Positions 1 to 9,258 of a stretch of DNA of 64,000 nt are shown one piece after another. The stretch comes from an uncultured delta proteobacterium. GTDB taxonomy: Bacteria > Desulfobacterota > Syntrophia > Syntrophales > Smithellaceae. Each line of letters opens with the position of its first letter. Positions within the stretch are counted from its first letter, which is position 1. The position numbers and the translations under genes are program-made. The notes beneath the pieces were generated by a model. It had not been told where the DNA came from. It did not search any database and saw only the letters and a list, made by a program, of their open reading frames with translations. The stretch covers positions 96,001-160,000 of the forward strand of contig CAVWEH010000005.1 in assembly GCA_963753975.1 (NCBI GenBank). Reading direction: 5' to 3'.

Positions 1-119
1 GATTTCAGTGCAGCAGTTAACACATCAATTATATTAATCAGTTTACTTAGGTTCTCATTAATAAAAGCTTCTTTGACGCGGCTGCTTTCTTTAAATATTT
101 TTATTACATGATCCTGCAT
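1..119 (-). CDS. gmhA: Phosphoheptose (sedoheptulose-7-P) isomerase, 5' part only; runs off the window
   Basis: Manual translation from ATG at 119: MQDHVIKIFKESSRVKEAFINENLSKLINIIDVLTAALK, resembling the GmhA N-terminus. The catalytic motif lies outside the window. Confidence 0.6.
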   Translation of the reverse strand, partial: MQDHVIKIFKESSRVKEAFINENLSKLINIIDVLTAALK

Positions 120-396
120 AATTACCTAGCTGAAATCTTTCATTATTACCTAAAGTAAAGCCAAGCTAATATATTTACAGGTATTACTCCTGTCAAGGGT
201 AGCCAGCTGTAATTTTCTTAGCTTTTTAGGGACATATTTTAATCACGAGCATACTAATATTGACATCAGACGTCTCCGGAATTTGTCCTTAACGCAGTAA
301 TCCCCAGCCCACCTACGTCACACCGGTAATAGATAACCTTCAGGTTACTAAGGCCGGTGTCCAGTTATTTTGCCGTTGACCAGTGCAAAAAAAGAA

Positions 397-424
397 TTGA
401 AATAAAGAAATTTGCGAGTATATT
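397..424 (+). promoter_or_regulatory. Possible sigma70 promoter upstream of the structured element and the 798-aa gene
   Basis: TTGAAA-16 bp-TATATT. Confidence 0.35.
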
Positions 425-433
425 TAAGCACAT

Positions 434-612
434 GGTTTTCGTGAAACTCCAATTCCGAAAGCGAAGCCCGACGTATGCTAGGCAAAGCGCAACGGAATTG
501 GTAAGCTGAACGATCCCGCACAGCGGAGGGTAATGAGACTCAAACTTCAAAAGCGAAGCTGATAGAAGTTTGTTAGCCGAATTATCCAGTGTAAGCAGGG
601 ATATCTTACCCG
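434..612 (+). ncRNA. Unidentified structured non-coding element, copy 1 (two tandem hairpin units)
   Basis: Stems CCAATTCCG/CGGAATTGG (449-501) and CAAACTTC/GAAGTTTG (541-572). Blocks 513-544 and 569-587 recur as reverse complements at 40592-40623 and 40550-40568. RNA versus DNA function is unknown. Confidence 0.6.
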
Positions 613-715
613 TGATTAAATGCATTATTTCCATTAATGTATTTCTTAAATAGGGCGTTGTTGTCCTTAATTATTACTGACTCTATTTATTTTTATTCGG
701 CCTGAAGGAGGCAAA

Positions 716-3112
716 ATGAATAAGCCTTTAAATTCTGAGAAGAAGGTCATTTTCTTTGCATATAAAGGGCCACAGTCTGGCATGGCGGACAATAATATTG
801 ATTCGATCAAAAGAGCTATAACGGAATACAATTCGCATCAAGGGGGCTATGTAGCAAAATCATGGGAAGAGTATCGCACAACAACGGCAATTAGTAAGGA
901 TGTTTTAACTGCCATTGATAAGTGCGACGTTCTGGTTGCGGATTTGACGTATTTTAACCACAATGTACTTTTTGAGTTGGGATATGCAATAGCAAAAGGA
1001 AAGAATATATTAATAGTTCTCAATGAACACTATAAACTAGATGGTTCGGAAACAGCAGGGAAGAAGTATAAAAATTTTACTCTTCGCGGTATTAGATACA
1101 CACCTTTTGTAAATTATAAGAATATTCATGAAGCATTACAAAACAAGCTCTTCGAAGGTGATTTGCTTAATAAGCTTTCTGTAAATGTTAAGAACATAAA
1201 ACCGAGAAGTACCGATATTTTCTATATTGAAAGTAAATTTCCCACTCAGGCTTCTTTAGACCTTTCAAACATAATTCGAGATTTTAAAGATGAAAAGAAA
1301 CTCACATTGATAAGTGATGATTCAACAGAGGTTAGGTATCAACCGTTAAAATGGTATTTGCAAAATCTGCGACAAGCTAAAATGACAATCATCCATTTTC
1401 TTGGAGACAAAGTTGAGAATTCCTTTTTTGAGAATGCACAGAATTCATTTTTTGCTGGACTGGCATGTGGTTGGGGCAGTGAGGTAATATTATTTGCTCC
1501 AGCAAAGTATGACCCGCCGCTTGATTATCATGATATTCTTGTTCAGTATACATCATCCACTGATCTCGTTAGCAATGCTATAGACTGGCTTAGCGCTAAG
1601 TTTAAGGATGTTATACCAAAAATTGATGTAGTTTTGAAAGAACATGAAACCAACTTAATCAAACTTGGTATAGGCTGTGATATTGCAGAAAATGAAAGCC
1701 AGACATTATTAAATTACTTTGTTTACACTGGTTCATATCAAGCTGCGTTAAATTATGAGAAGACTTTATTGGTTGGCAGAAAAGGTAGTGGCAAAACAGC
1801 AATATACATAAAACTTTCAGACGAGTTGCCGTTAGATTTCAAGAATTACGTGGTGAAATTACAACCTGAGTCAGATGAGCTTTTAGATGAAGTAAACTTA
1901 TCACAACTATATGTTTCTTCCAGAAGAAGTTTTTTTTCTGCGGTTTGGCAACTAGTTATTTTCTCTAAATTAGCAAATACTGTAAGTGAAAAACTTAAAA
2001 ACAAATCTCTAAATATAGGCTTTAATGATGCTGAAAAAGCAATAATTGATTTTGTTGACAACAACAAAGATCTCATACGTCTGAATTTTTTCGGTGTTGT
2101 GCGTAATTTGAGTATAAGGGCAAGCGAGAATGCTAAAGCCAATCCAGCGATAATGGAAACATTATTCCGCGAGTATCTGTCTCCATTAAAACGTATTCTA
2201 AATGAATATTTTAACTCAATCGATGAAAAGTTTTATAGAGTAGTTATCCTGGCGGACAATTTAGACAAAACATGGGATCCAAAGAATGACTTAAGTGTTC
2301 AGGTCGAAATGATATTGGCACTATTTGAAATAGAAAATAAGATCAGGCACGAATTAATAAGTGACACAAATTCTAAAATTGAAATCAAGCAAATAGTTTT
2401 TTTGAGGGAAGACATTTTTAATTATATAAAAAAACAATCAATTGAGCCTGATAAACTAACTACAATGTCTCATGAAATTGATTGGGAAAACTATCCATTG
2501 TTGTTAAGAGATTTGGTCGAAAATAGATTTGGGCATATTTTGAATTTAAAAGATAAACAAGAAATTGAAAAAAGAGCATGGCGTGAATTTTTTAATTTCA
2601 AAGAAAAAAAACATCCATATGATTTAATTCTTGAAATTGTTACTAAGCGCCCAAGGGATCTTATTTATTTTGTGGCTAAACTATTTGAATCAGCTATAAA
2701 TAACGACCACAATAAAGTTGACAATGAGGATTTAGAGTACGCCATTATTAATTATACAGAATTTTTGAATGATAATTTAATTGCCGAGACAAGGGCAGAA
2801 TTTCCAGAGATTTCCAATATTCTCGGAAAGCTGCAAAAATATCATGGAGAAAGGTTTGAATATAATCAGTTTACAAAAATACTTGGTGAATTTAAATTAG
2901 ATCATGCTAAACAACGAAAGTTAATCGAAACATTATTCGATAAAGGATATATGTTGGGGTACGATGAAAAGACAAATCAGCCCTTCAGTGACATAGAAGT
3001 ATTAAATGGAAAACTACAAGAAAAAAAATTATTTTTCTTTCCTAATAAAGTGTATCTTATCGCTCATGCAAAGTACTATTTTATTAAGCATAAATCATCT
3101 TCACCTTTTTAA
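716..3112 (+). CDS. Nucleoside 2-deoxyribosyltransferase-like domain(s) fused to a P-loop ATPase (Sll1717/FunZ-like); candidate defence protein
   Basis: N-terminal VADLTYFNHNVLFELGYA motif; Walker A GRKGSGKT; Walker B-like VILADNLD; FLREDIF and RPRDLI motifs; RBS AAGGAGG; AT-rich. Confidence 0.75.
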   Translation: MNKPLNSEKKVIFFAYKGPQSGMADNNIDSIKRAITEYNSHQGGYVAKSWEEYRTTTAISKDVLTAIDKCDVLVADLTYFNHNVLFELGYAIAKGKNILIVLNEHYKLDGSETAGKKYKNFTLRGIRYTPFVNYKNIHEALQNKLFEGDLLNKLSVNVKNIKPRSTDIFYIESKFPTQASLDLSNIIRDFKDEKKLTLISDDSTEVRYQPLKWYLQNLRQAKMTIIHFLGDKVENSFFENAQNSFFAGLACGWGSEVILFAPAKYDPPLDYHDILVQYTSSTDLVSNAIDWLSAKFKDVIPKIDVVLKEHETNLIKLGIGCDIAENESQTLLNYFVYTGSYQAALNYEKTLLVGRKGSGKTAIYIKLSDELPLDFKNYVVKLQPESDELLDEVNLSQLYVSSRRSFFSAVWQLVIFSKLANTVSEKLKNKSLNIGFNDAEKAIIDFVDNNKDLIRLNFFGVVRNLSIRASENAKANPAIMETLFREYLSPLKRILNEYFNSIDEKFYRVVILADNLDKTWDPKNDLSVQVEMILALFEIENKIRHELISDTNSKIEIKQIVFLREDIFNYIKKQSIEPDKLTTMSHEIDWENYPLLLRDLVENRFGHILNLKDKQEIEKRAWREFFNFKEKKHPYDLILEIVTKRPRDLIYFVAKLFESAINNDHNKVDNEDLEYAIINYTEFLNDNLIAETRAEFPEISNILGKLQKYHGERFEYNQFTKILGEFKLDHAKQRKLIETLFDKGYMLGYDEKTNQPFSDIEVLNGKLQEKKLFFFPNKVYLIAHAKYYFIKHKSSSPF

Positions 3113-3134
3113 AGGAGAGAAGTAAGGTTTAAAC

Positions 3135-3992
3135 CTAGTTGTAGCCCTCATCATAAGCAATCATATCGAGGTGCAATGTAGCAATGTCTTCAACGTCGAG
3201 GTTTGGCTCTTCGCTTGATTTGGTTAATTCAATAATTTTTATATAACGGCGGCACTTATTGCAGACATCTACCCGGTGGTGTTCCTCTCCTTCCACTTCA
3301 AAATAAGCCAGGGAATGTTGTTCATCGTTGCCGCAAAATGGGCATTTAATCCGGTGAAAATACCATTTAAACCCGCACTGGTGGCAAAACAAATACCGCT
3401 TGCCTTCTTCCTCTTCCCTGATTTCACCTATCTTCGGTTCTTTGCCGCAAATGGGACAGTATCCCTCCGACCAGCCCGACTTGGCTATTATCTCATCGTA
3501 TTTTTCGGCAATATTTTCTAATTCCGGCCTTAAGCTTTCCTCGGTAAAAAGATCGATCAAGTCAAGATTTTCCCGAGCTTCGCTGCCGGATGCTAATCCT
3601 TCGTTTGCAGCTTCGCCTTCTTCATCACTGCGGTCAAAAGAAGCGCGAATCGTTTTTTCCCAATCATATTGTTTATCTTTAATGATGCTTATAATTTTTT
3701 GCGCCTCTTCCGGCATTCTTTTTTCCACTATGGAAATCAAGGAATTAAAATATTGTTTCGGACGCGATAAATCATATTCCTTTCCCGTAATATCAATTAA
3801 GGGAAGGCCTCCTTCCATTTTTTGGGTGATTAAATTTTCTTCGACACTAAAAATGGAATCTTTCATATTCTGGCGGTATTCCTCCCGCAGAATTAAAATA
3901 TCCGCCAATATATCCAAAAGATCAGTATAATCAGGATTCGCGGCTTTGTAATCCTCTATTGTTTTTAAAGACTTTCTCAATGCTACAGCCAT
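3135..3992 (-). CDS. fdhE: Formate dehydrogenase accessory protein FdhE
   Basis: CPICG, CHQC, CPFCG, CNKC cysteine pairs; EDIATLHLD C-terminus. Confidence 0.85.
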   Translation of the reverse strand: MAVALRKSLKTIEDYKAANPDYTDLLDILADILILREEYRQNMKDSIFSVEENLITQKMEGGLPLIDITGKEYDLSRPKQYFNSLISIVEKRMPEEAQKIISIIKDKQYDWEKTIRASFDRSDEEGEAANEGLASGSEARENLDLIDLFTEESLRPELENIAEKYDEIIAKSGWSEGYCPICGKEPKIGEIREEEEGKRYLFCHQCGFKWYFHRIKCPFCGNDEQHSLAYFEVEGEEHHRVDVCNKCRRYIKIIELTKSSEEPNLDVEDIATLHLDMIAYDEGYN

Positions 3993-4165
3993 TTTTTACT
4001 CCTCCAGACAAACATACTTACGTAAAGTTAAGAGGCCTATATCCGCTTTCCCGGGTATCTTCAAGAAATATTTATTTTGCGGATATTTTGCTGAAATCTT
4101 TGTATTAATAACCTATGGGTAGGAGCCTACTCACCAAGCCATTCTCCATTCTTCAGCTGATAACC

Positions 4166-5603
4166 TTAAAAGAAAATAAAAGTGATGATAATAAACAAAA
4201 CAACTAAAATGGGAATTGAATATTTAAACATGTAGCCGAAAAAGCTGGGCATCTTCACACCTGCTTCTTCGGCGATAGACTTAACCATAAAATTCGGCGC
4301 ATTGCCGATATAGGTATTTGCCCCCATGAAGACTGCTCCCGCGGATATGGCCGCCAGATAAGGAATCTTTTCCACAATCAGGCGGGCAACGGCCTGCGCT
4401 TCCGGTATTCCCGGATAAAACTTGCCGATCGCGCCGTTAAAAAAGGTCAAATATGTGGGAGCATTATCCAAAAAGCTGGAAAGAACTCCCGTAGCCCAAA
4501 AATAATGCGCCGGTGTGTTTATTGATTTTATTAACCAAGCTAACGCTCCGTCTTCGCCTGTTTTCAGAATCGCCAGTGCCGGAATAATAGTTATAAAGAT
4601 ACCGGCAAAGAGATATGCCACTTCCAGAATGGGAGCCCAACTAAACTCGTTGACTTTTCGGACTTCCTGTCGGGTAAAAATGAGGGATAAAATTCCCATG
4701 ACAATTAAAACAGCATCTTTGATCAAATTTTCAATGGATTGATGGATGCCGAAAATATTTACTTCGCCCAGATTTATTGTTCCGCTGAACAAGACGGCAG
4801 CAACGATTCCCGACAGGAATATAAAATTCTGAGCGCCCTCAATTCTTAGCGGTTCAGATTCCGAACTTTCCCGGCCTGTTTTATCTTCTTTTTTATAGTA
4901 GTAAGAATCCAAAATAAAATAAAGCATAAGTAAAACGACACTGGCAAACGCCATTTCCGGCAGAATATGCATAGTCCAAAAAAATGGTACTCCATGCAAG
5001 AAGCCGAGAAACAAGGGCGGATCGCCCAGCGGCGTCAGTGCACCGCCAATATTGCTGACCAGAAAAATAAAAAAAACGATCGTGTGCGCCTTATGCACAC
5101 GCCAGGAATTTGATCGCAAAATCGGCCGGATCAAAAGCATGGAAGCCCCGGTCGTTCCGATGATCGATGCCAGGATAGTGCCGATCAGCAGGATCAACTG
5201 CATTAACAGCAGGCGTTCCTTTCAAAGTGCCTTGGACATAAATGCCGCCCGAGACGGTGAATAAAGCCCACAACAGCAGAATAAAGGGAATATAATCGAT
5301 AATTATAATGTGAGCTATTTCATGAACGGCGACTTCACGGAAAAAATACAAAAAAGGCACGGCGAAGACTAACGCCCAGAAAACGGAGATTTTGGGAAAA
5401 TGATGATCCCAGAAATGAGGCGCAAATAAGGGAAAAAGCGCTATGGAAAGTAAAATACCGGCAAACGGAAGAATAGACCACAATGGAAGAATAGTGCCAA
5501 GAGTATCATTGTTTATATTTGTATTCCCGGAATAGGCAAGACTTATTGCGGGAGTAATCAGCAATATAATAATTACTAATAGAATATGACTAAATCGTTT
5601 CAA
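4166..5603 (-). CDS. Putative Na+/H+ antiporter (IT superfamily), split by one apparent +1 frameshift near 5200
   Basis: ORFs 5091-5603 and 4166-5203 join as ...GTPAVNA/LILLIGTILAS...; motifs SNIGGALTPLGDPPLFLG, SSFLDNAPTY, TYIGNAPNF. Confidence 0.8.
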
Positions 5604-5910
5604 GGCAATCCGTTAATTTATACTCTCTTTTTTTTTAACAAAATAACCTGTTCGCATCATAGCTTTTGCAGGTAAATTGTTTACGAACTTTTGCGCAAAT
5701 TGAAAATCATTCATTGCTAAAAAAACATTTTTAGATTCTCAGCATATTGTATTCAAAATATAATTGAATGTTGTATAAATAACTACAAATAATTAAAAAG
5801 ATTTATATATAAAATCTAATATATAAGTCAACCTTTTATGATTAAATTCGATTTAATAGAAACGCACTGGCTGATAATTTATATAATTCATTTCCAATTA
5901 CTAATAGTTA

Positions 5911-5939
5911 TTGACACCCAACCGCTATGTACTTATACT
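5911..5939 (+). promoter_or_regulatory. sigma70 promoter
   Basis: TTGACA-17 bp-TATACT, 30 bp upstream of ATG 5970. Confidence 0.7.
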
Positions 5940-5969
5940 TTTTTTGATTAAAGGAAGACATAAACAAAA

Positions 5970-6572
5970 ATGGATTTAAGCGTTTTTTATCATTCTGAAA
6001 TATTTAAGTTAATAGTGATTCCCTTATTGATTTTTCTGGCTCGTATCTGCGATGTTACGCTGGATACAGCCCGCATCATTTATGTGTCCAGAGGTATGAA
6101 ATTTTTAGCCCCTATAATTGGATTCTTCGAAGTTCTTATCTGGCTTTTATCCATCACGCAAATAATGAATAACCTGACCAATGTTGTTTATTACATTGCC
6201 TATGCCGGCGGTTTTGCCATGGGAAACTTTATCGGCATTTACATCGAAGAGAAAATGGCTATCGGCACCGTTATCATTAGAATTATTACCCAAAAAGCAG
6301 CAGCGGATTTGGTGGAATATCTTAAATGCGACGGTTACGGAGTAACCTATATAGACGCATATGGAACTCTCGGGCCGGTAAAGGTGGTTTATACCATTAT
6401 CAAAAGAAGAGATGTAAGTCGTGTCATCGATATAATCAGGAAATTTAATCCAGCGGCTTTTTTTACCATCGAAGATATTCGTTCTGTTCGTGAAGGAGTT
6501 TTTAGAAAAAAGAGGGAGTTGAAAAAATCATCTGTTTTCCGGTTGAAAAAGAAATATAAGCATCACGATTAA
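5970..6572 (+). CDS. UPF0316/DUF2179 family membrane protein
   Basis: IFLARICDVTLDT, GFFEVLIW, YAGGFAMG, PAAFFTIEDIRSV. Confidence 0.8.
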   Translation: MDLSVFYHSEIFKLIVIPLLIFLARICDVTLDTARIIYVSRGMKFLAPIIGFFEVLIWLLSITQIMNNLTNVVYYIAYAGGFAMGNFIGIYIEEKMAIGTVIIRIITQKAAADLVEYLKCDGYGVTYIDAYGTLGPVKVVYTIIKRRDVSRVIDIIRKFNPAAFFTIEDIRSVREGVFRKKRELKKSSVFRLKKKYKHHD

Positions 6573-6829
6573 TTCCTAAATAATGATTTAACTATTGTTG
6601 CCCCTCCCGGCTTTGAGTTTTCCGTTAATGCGCCGGCAAAAAACACCGGCCGGAATAAATTGTGTTGAAGTTAATGCTGAAAACAAAAAACCCGGGGATC
6701 GCTTAGAGAATCTATTTAGAATTTCCCAAGGCGCGCTATTTCTTCAACCAGTTAAATCAAATTCACCATTTCATTTCGACAAGATGATAGGCCGATATCA
6801 TAAATTTTATGGATCACAATATAGCTTTT

Positions 6830-7240
6830 TTAATTTTCGGGAATTACTAAAACAGGCAACTTAATAGCATCAATAATATTTTCGTCAGCACTATCAAACA
6901 GGTTTGAATATAATTTATTTCTGTGTTTATGCCCGGTTATTATCAAGTCGATATTATTCTTTTCACAATATTTCACAATCTCCTTATCTAAGGGCCCTTT
7001 GGAAACAGCGTATATAATTTTTTGGTTTTCCAATAACTCAGGAGGAACAACTTCTTTTACCCTTAAGGCTACCTCATCCTCATGATCCGCAGGATGGCGA
7101 TAACCGGCTTGCATGTCATTAACGTACAAGATATGTATTTTGCTTTTGAACATTTCAGCAAATTCTAAAGCCTTCACTGCCGAAGAAATATTTTCCGAAT
7201 CCAGATCTATCGGATATAAAATATTTTTAAAACTGAGCAT
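6830..7240 (-). CDS. Universal stress protein
   Basis: FKNILYPID N-terminus, DLIITG, PVLVI C-terminus; ATG 7240 follows GGAGG. Confidence 0.85.
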   Translation of the reverse strand: MLSFKNILYPIDLDSENISSAVKALEFAEMFKSKIHILYVNDMQAGYRHPADHEDEVALRVKEVVPPELLENQKIIYAVSKGPLDKEIVKYCEKNNIDLIITGHKHRNKLYSNLFDSADENIIDAIKLPVLVIPEN

Positions 7241-7300
7241 AACTACCTCCAAATAATTATCAGAAACAATATGTCATCAACAATTTATGTCAACCTTTAA

Positions 7301-7462
7301 GGCACCATTGGCCCGGTAAAAATAGTTTTTAGTATTATTAAAGGAAAAGATGTCTGCCTTGTACTTGCTATCATTAGAAAATTCAATCCACTTTCTTTTT
7401 TTACCATCGAGGATATTCGTTCTGTCCGGGAGGACGTCTTCCGATCAATAGAAATTAAATGA
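7301..7462 (+). pseudogene. Remnant copy of the 3' end of the DUF2179 gene
   Basis: Translates GTIGPVKIVFSIIKGKDVCLVLAIIRKFNPLSFFTIEDIRSVREDVFR, aligning to the C-terminus of 5970-6572; preceded by in-frame TAA, no start codon. Confidence 0.75.
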
Positions 7463-7488
7463 ACAGGTCGATTTCCGGCCAGACCTAT

Positions 7489-7941
7489 TTAAATACTGCT
7501 CTGCTCTTTCTCCTCCGCCCTTGCTGATTGCAGAGTATTCAGCGCCTTTAAAATTTCGGTCAGTTTATCGTCCTCGATACGCGTAAGAGCAACTTGCAGC
7601 TCCTCTATCTCTTTCTTGGCTTCAATATTGGTTCTGTAATCCTCGAACGCCTGATACCGGTCACGTTCCGCCTGCCGGTTTTGGGCCATCATGATGACCG
7701 GCGCTGCATAGGCCGCCAGAACCGAGAAAAGCAGGTTCAACAAAATGAAAGGATAAGGGTCCCAGTGATAAATCCAGCCGATGATATTCAGAATTATCCA
7801 GATTATAATCAGAACTGTCTGAAAAATGATGAAAGTCCATGACCCCATGCCAACCGTGAGCTTGTCAGCCAGCACTTGGCCGAGGGTCAGGGTTTCCCGG
7901 TGTTTCCCATGCCAGGTTTCAGGATCAACTGAACCGTTCAT
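7489..7941 (-). CDS. DUF1003 family membrane protein
   Basis: GSWTFI, DPYPFILLNL, APVIMMAQNRQ. Confidence 0.85.
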   Translation of the reverse strand: MNGSVDPETWHGKHRETLTLGQVLADKLTVGMGSWTFIIFQTVLIIIWIILNIIGWIYHWDPYPFILLNLLFSVLAAYAAPVIMMAQNRQAERDRYQAFEDYRTNIEAKKEIEELQVALTRIEDDKLTEILKALNTLQSARAEEKEQSSI

Positions 7942-8238
7942 TCATACCTCCTTTTTGCTGTCGTGGATATAATTTTTTTGATTGCGGATTATATTGGCGT
8001 CGTTATTGTTTGTCAAGGCGAGATGGACTGCGAGATGATTATTATCATTTAAAAAGCAGATGTCATTTTCAAAGTACTTTGAACAGAATACCGGTAAGAA
8101 TGAATGCGCTGTGAAACCCAAAGATGAAGATATGGCTTATTATTTTTCGTTTAATATTTTCATTTAATCTGCTTGACAGGTTTTTTATTTTTGTTAAAGA
8201 ATAGGCATTATTTCAAAAAAACCTTGAGGAGGATACAT

Positions 8239-9006
8239 ATGGGCTATAATAATATTATCGTGTCAACGAAGGATTTCGTAAGCACTATCACGCTCAACCG
8301 CCCGCCGACAAACTCTGTAAACCTCGGCATTCGCGAAGAACTGAACCAGGCTATCACTGAACTGGAAAATAGCAAGGATACCAGGGTTGTGATAATCACC
8401 GGCGCCGGAGAAAAAGGCTTCTGTGCCGGAATGGATGTGAGCGATATCGCGAACATTACCAAAGGGCCTAACGGCAACGATGTTTTAAACCGCATCGAAC
8501 GTTCCGCTAAGCCGTTTATCGCCGCTATAAACGGATACGCTCTGGGTGGTGGATGTGAAATCGCCATGGCCTGCCATTTCCGCTTCATGACGGACAATCC
8601 CAAAGCCCTCATTGGATGCCCGGAAGTAAATCTCGGCATCACACCCGGCTGGGGCGGCATACAGCGTCTGCCGAGGATTTTGGGCAAATCCAAGGCATTG
8701 GATATGATTCTTTTCAGTAAAAGGCTTAGATCGCCGGAAGCACTGGCCATCGGTCTGGTGGACAAGGTTTTTCCTGCTGCCGATTTAATTAAAGAAACAA
8801 CGGCTTATGCAGTAGCACTATCCAAGAGGGCGCCGCTTGCTGTAAGCGCGACGCTACAGGGAATGAGTGTGGGCCTCGAAAAAGGCCTGGAAGAAGGTCT
8901 GCGCATTGACCGGGAGTGGTCAAGCAAATTGGGCAAGAGTAAGGATGCTGCAGAAGGATTTACCGCATTTTTTGAAAAGCGCGAACCGGTATTCAAGGGA
9001 GAATAA
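8239..9006 (+). CDS. Enoyl-CoA hydratase/crotonase family protein
   Basis: FCAGMD, AINGYALGGGCE, PEVNLGITPGWGG; ATG 8239 after GAGGAGG. Confidence 0.9.
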   Translation: MGYNNIIVSTKDFVSTITLNRPPTNSVNLGIREELNQAITELENSKDTRVVIITGAGEKGFCAGMDVSDIANITKGPNGNDVLNRIERSAKPFIAAINGYALGGGCEIAMACHFRFMTDNPKALIGCPEVNLGITPGWGGIQRLPRILGKSKALDMILFSKRLRSPEALAIGLVDKVFPAADLIKETTAYAVALSKRAPLAVSATLQGMSVGLEKGLEEGLRIDREWSSKLGKSKDAAEGFTAFFEKREPVFKGE

Positions 9007-9258
9007 CGGCTGGCGGCTTTTGGAATAAATTGTGTTACTTTTGCACCTCCGTTCTCTCCTGAAAAAGAGGGGACGGAGGTTGTGTGCGTTATTAGCTTGC
9101 GTTTAATCTCTCTGATAAATTCCGAGTAACTTTTATTCACTTTAGAAAAAGAACAAAAAAATCCGTCAAAACTTTTTGATTGAATTATACTCAATTTTCC
9201 AAAAATGGAATCATGGATATAAAAATTTAAAATCATAGACCAGGAAGGAGAAGTAAAA

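Noticed and set aside
501..580. Integron attC interpretation of GTTAGCC
   Set aside because: No complementary RYYYAAC inverse core on the same hairpin and no integrase in the window. Kept only as a loose analogy.
365..634. 89-aa minus-strand ORF
   Set aside because: It overlaps the structured repeat element, whose second copy does not preserve the frame; no recognisable protein features.
6595..6864. 89-aa ORF and a weak ykkC-like 3' motif on the minus strand
   Set aside because: No protein features; the 5' half of the riboswitch consensus is missing and it lies between convergent genes.
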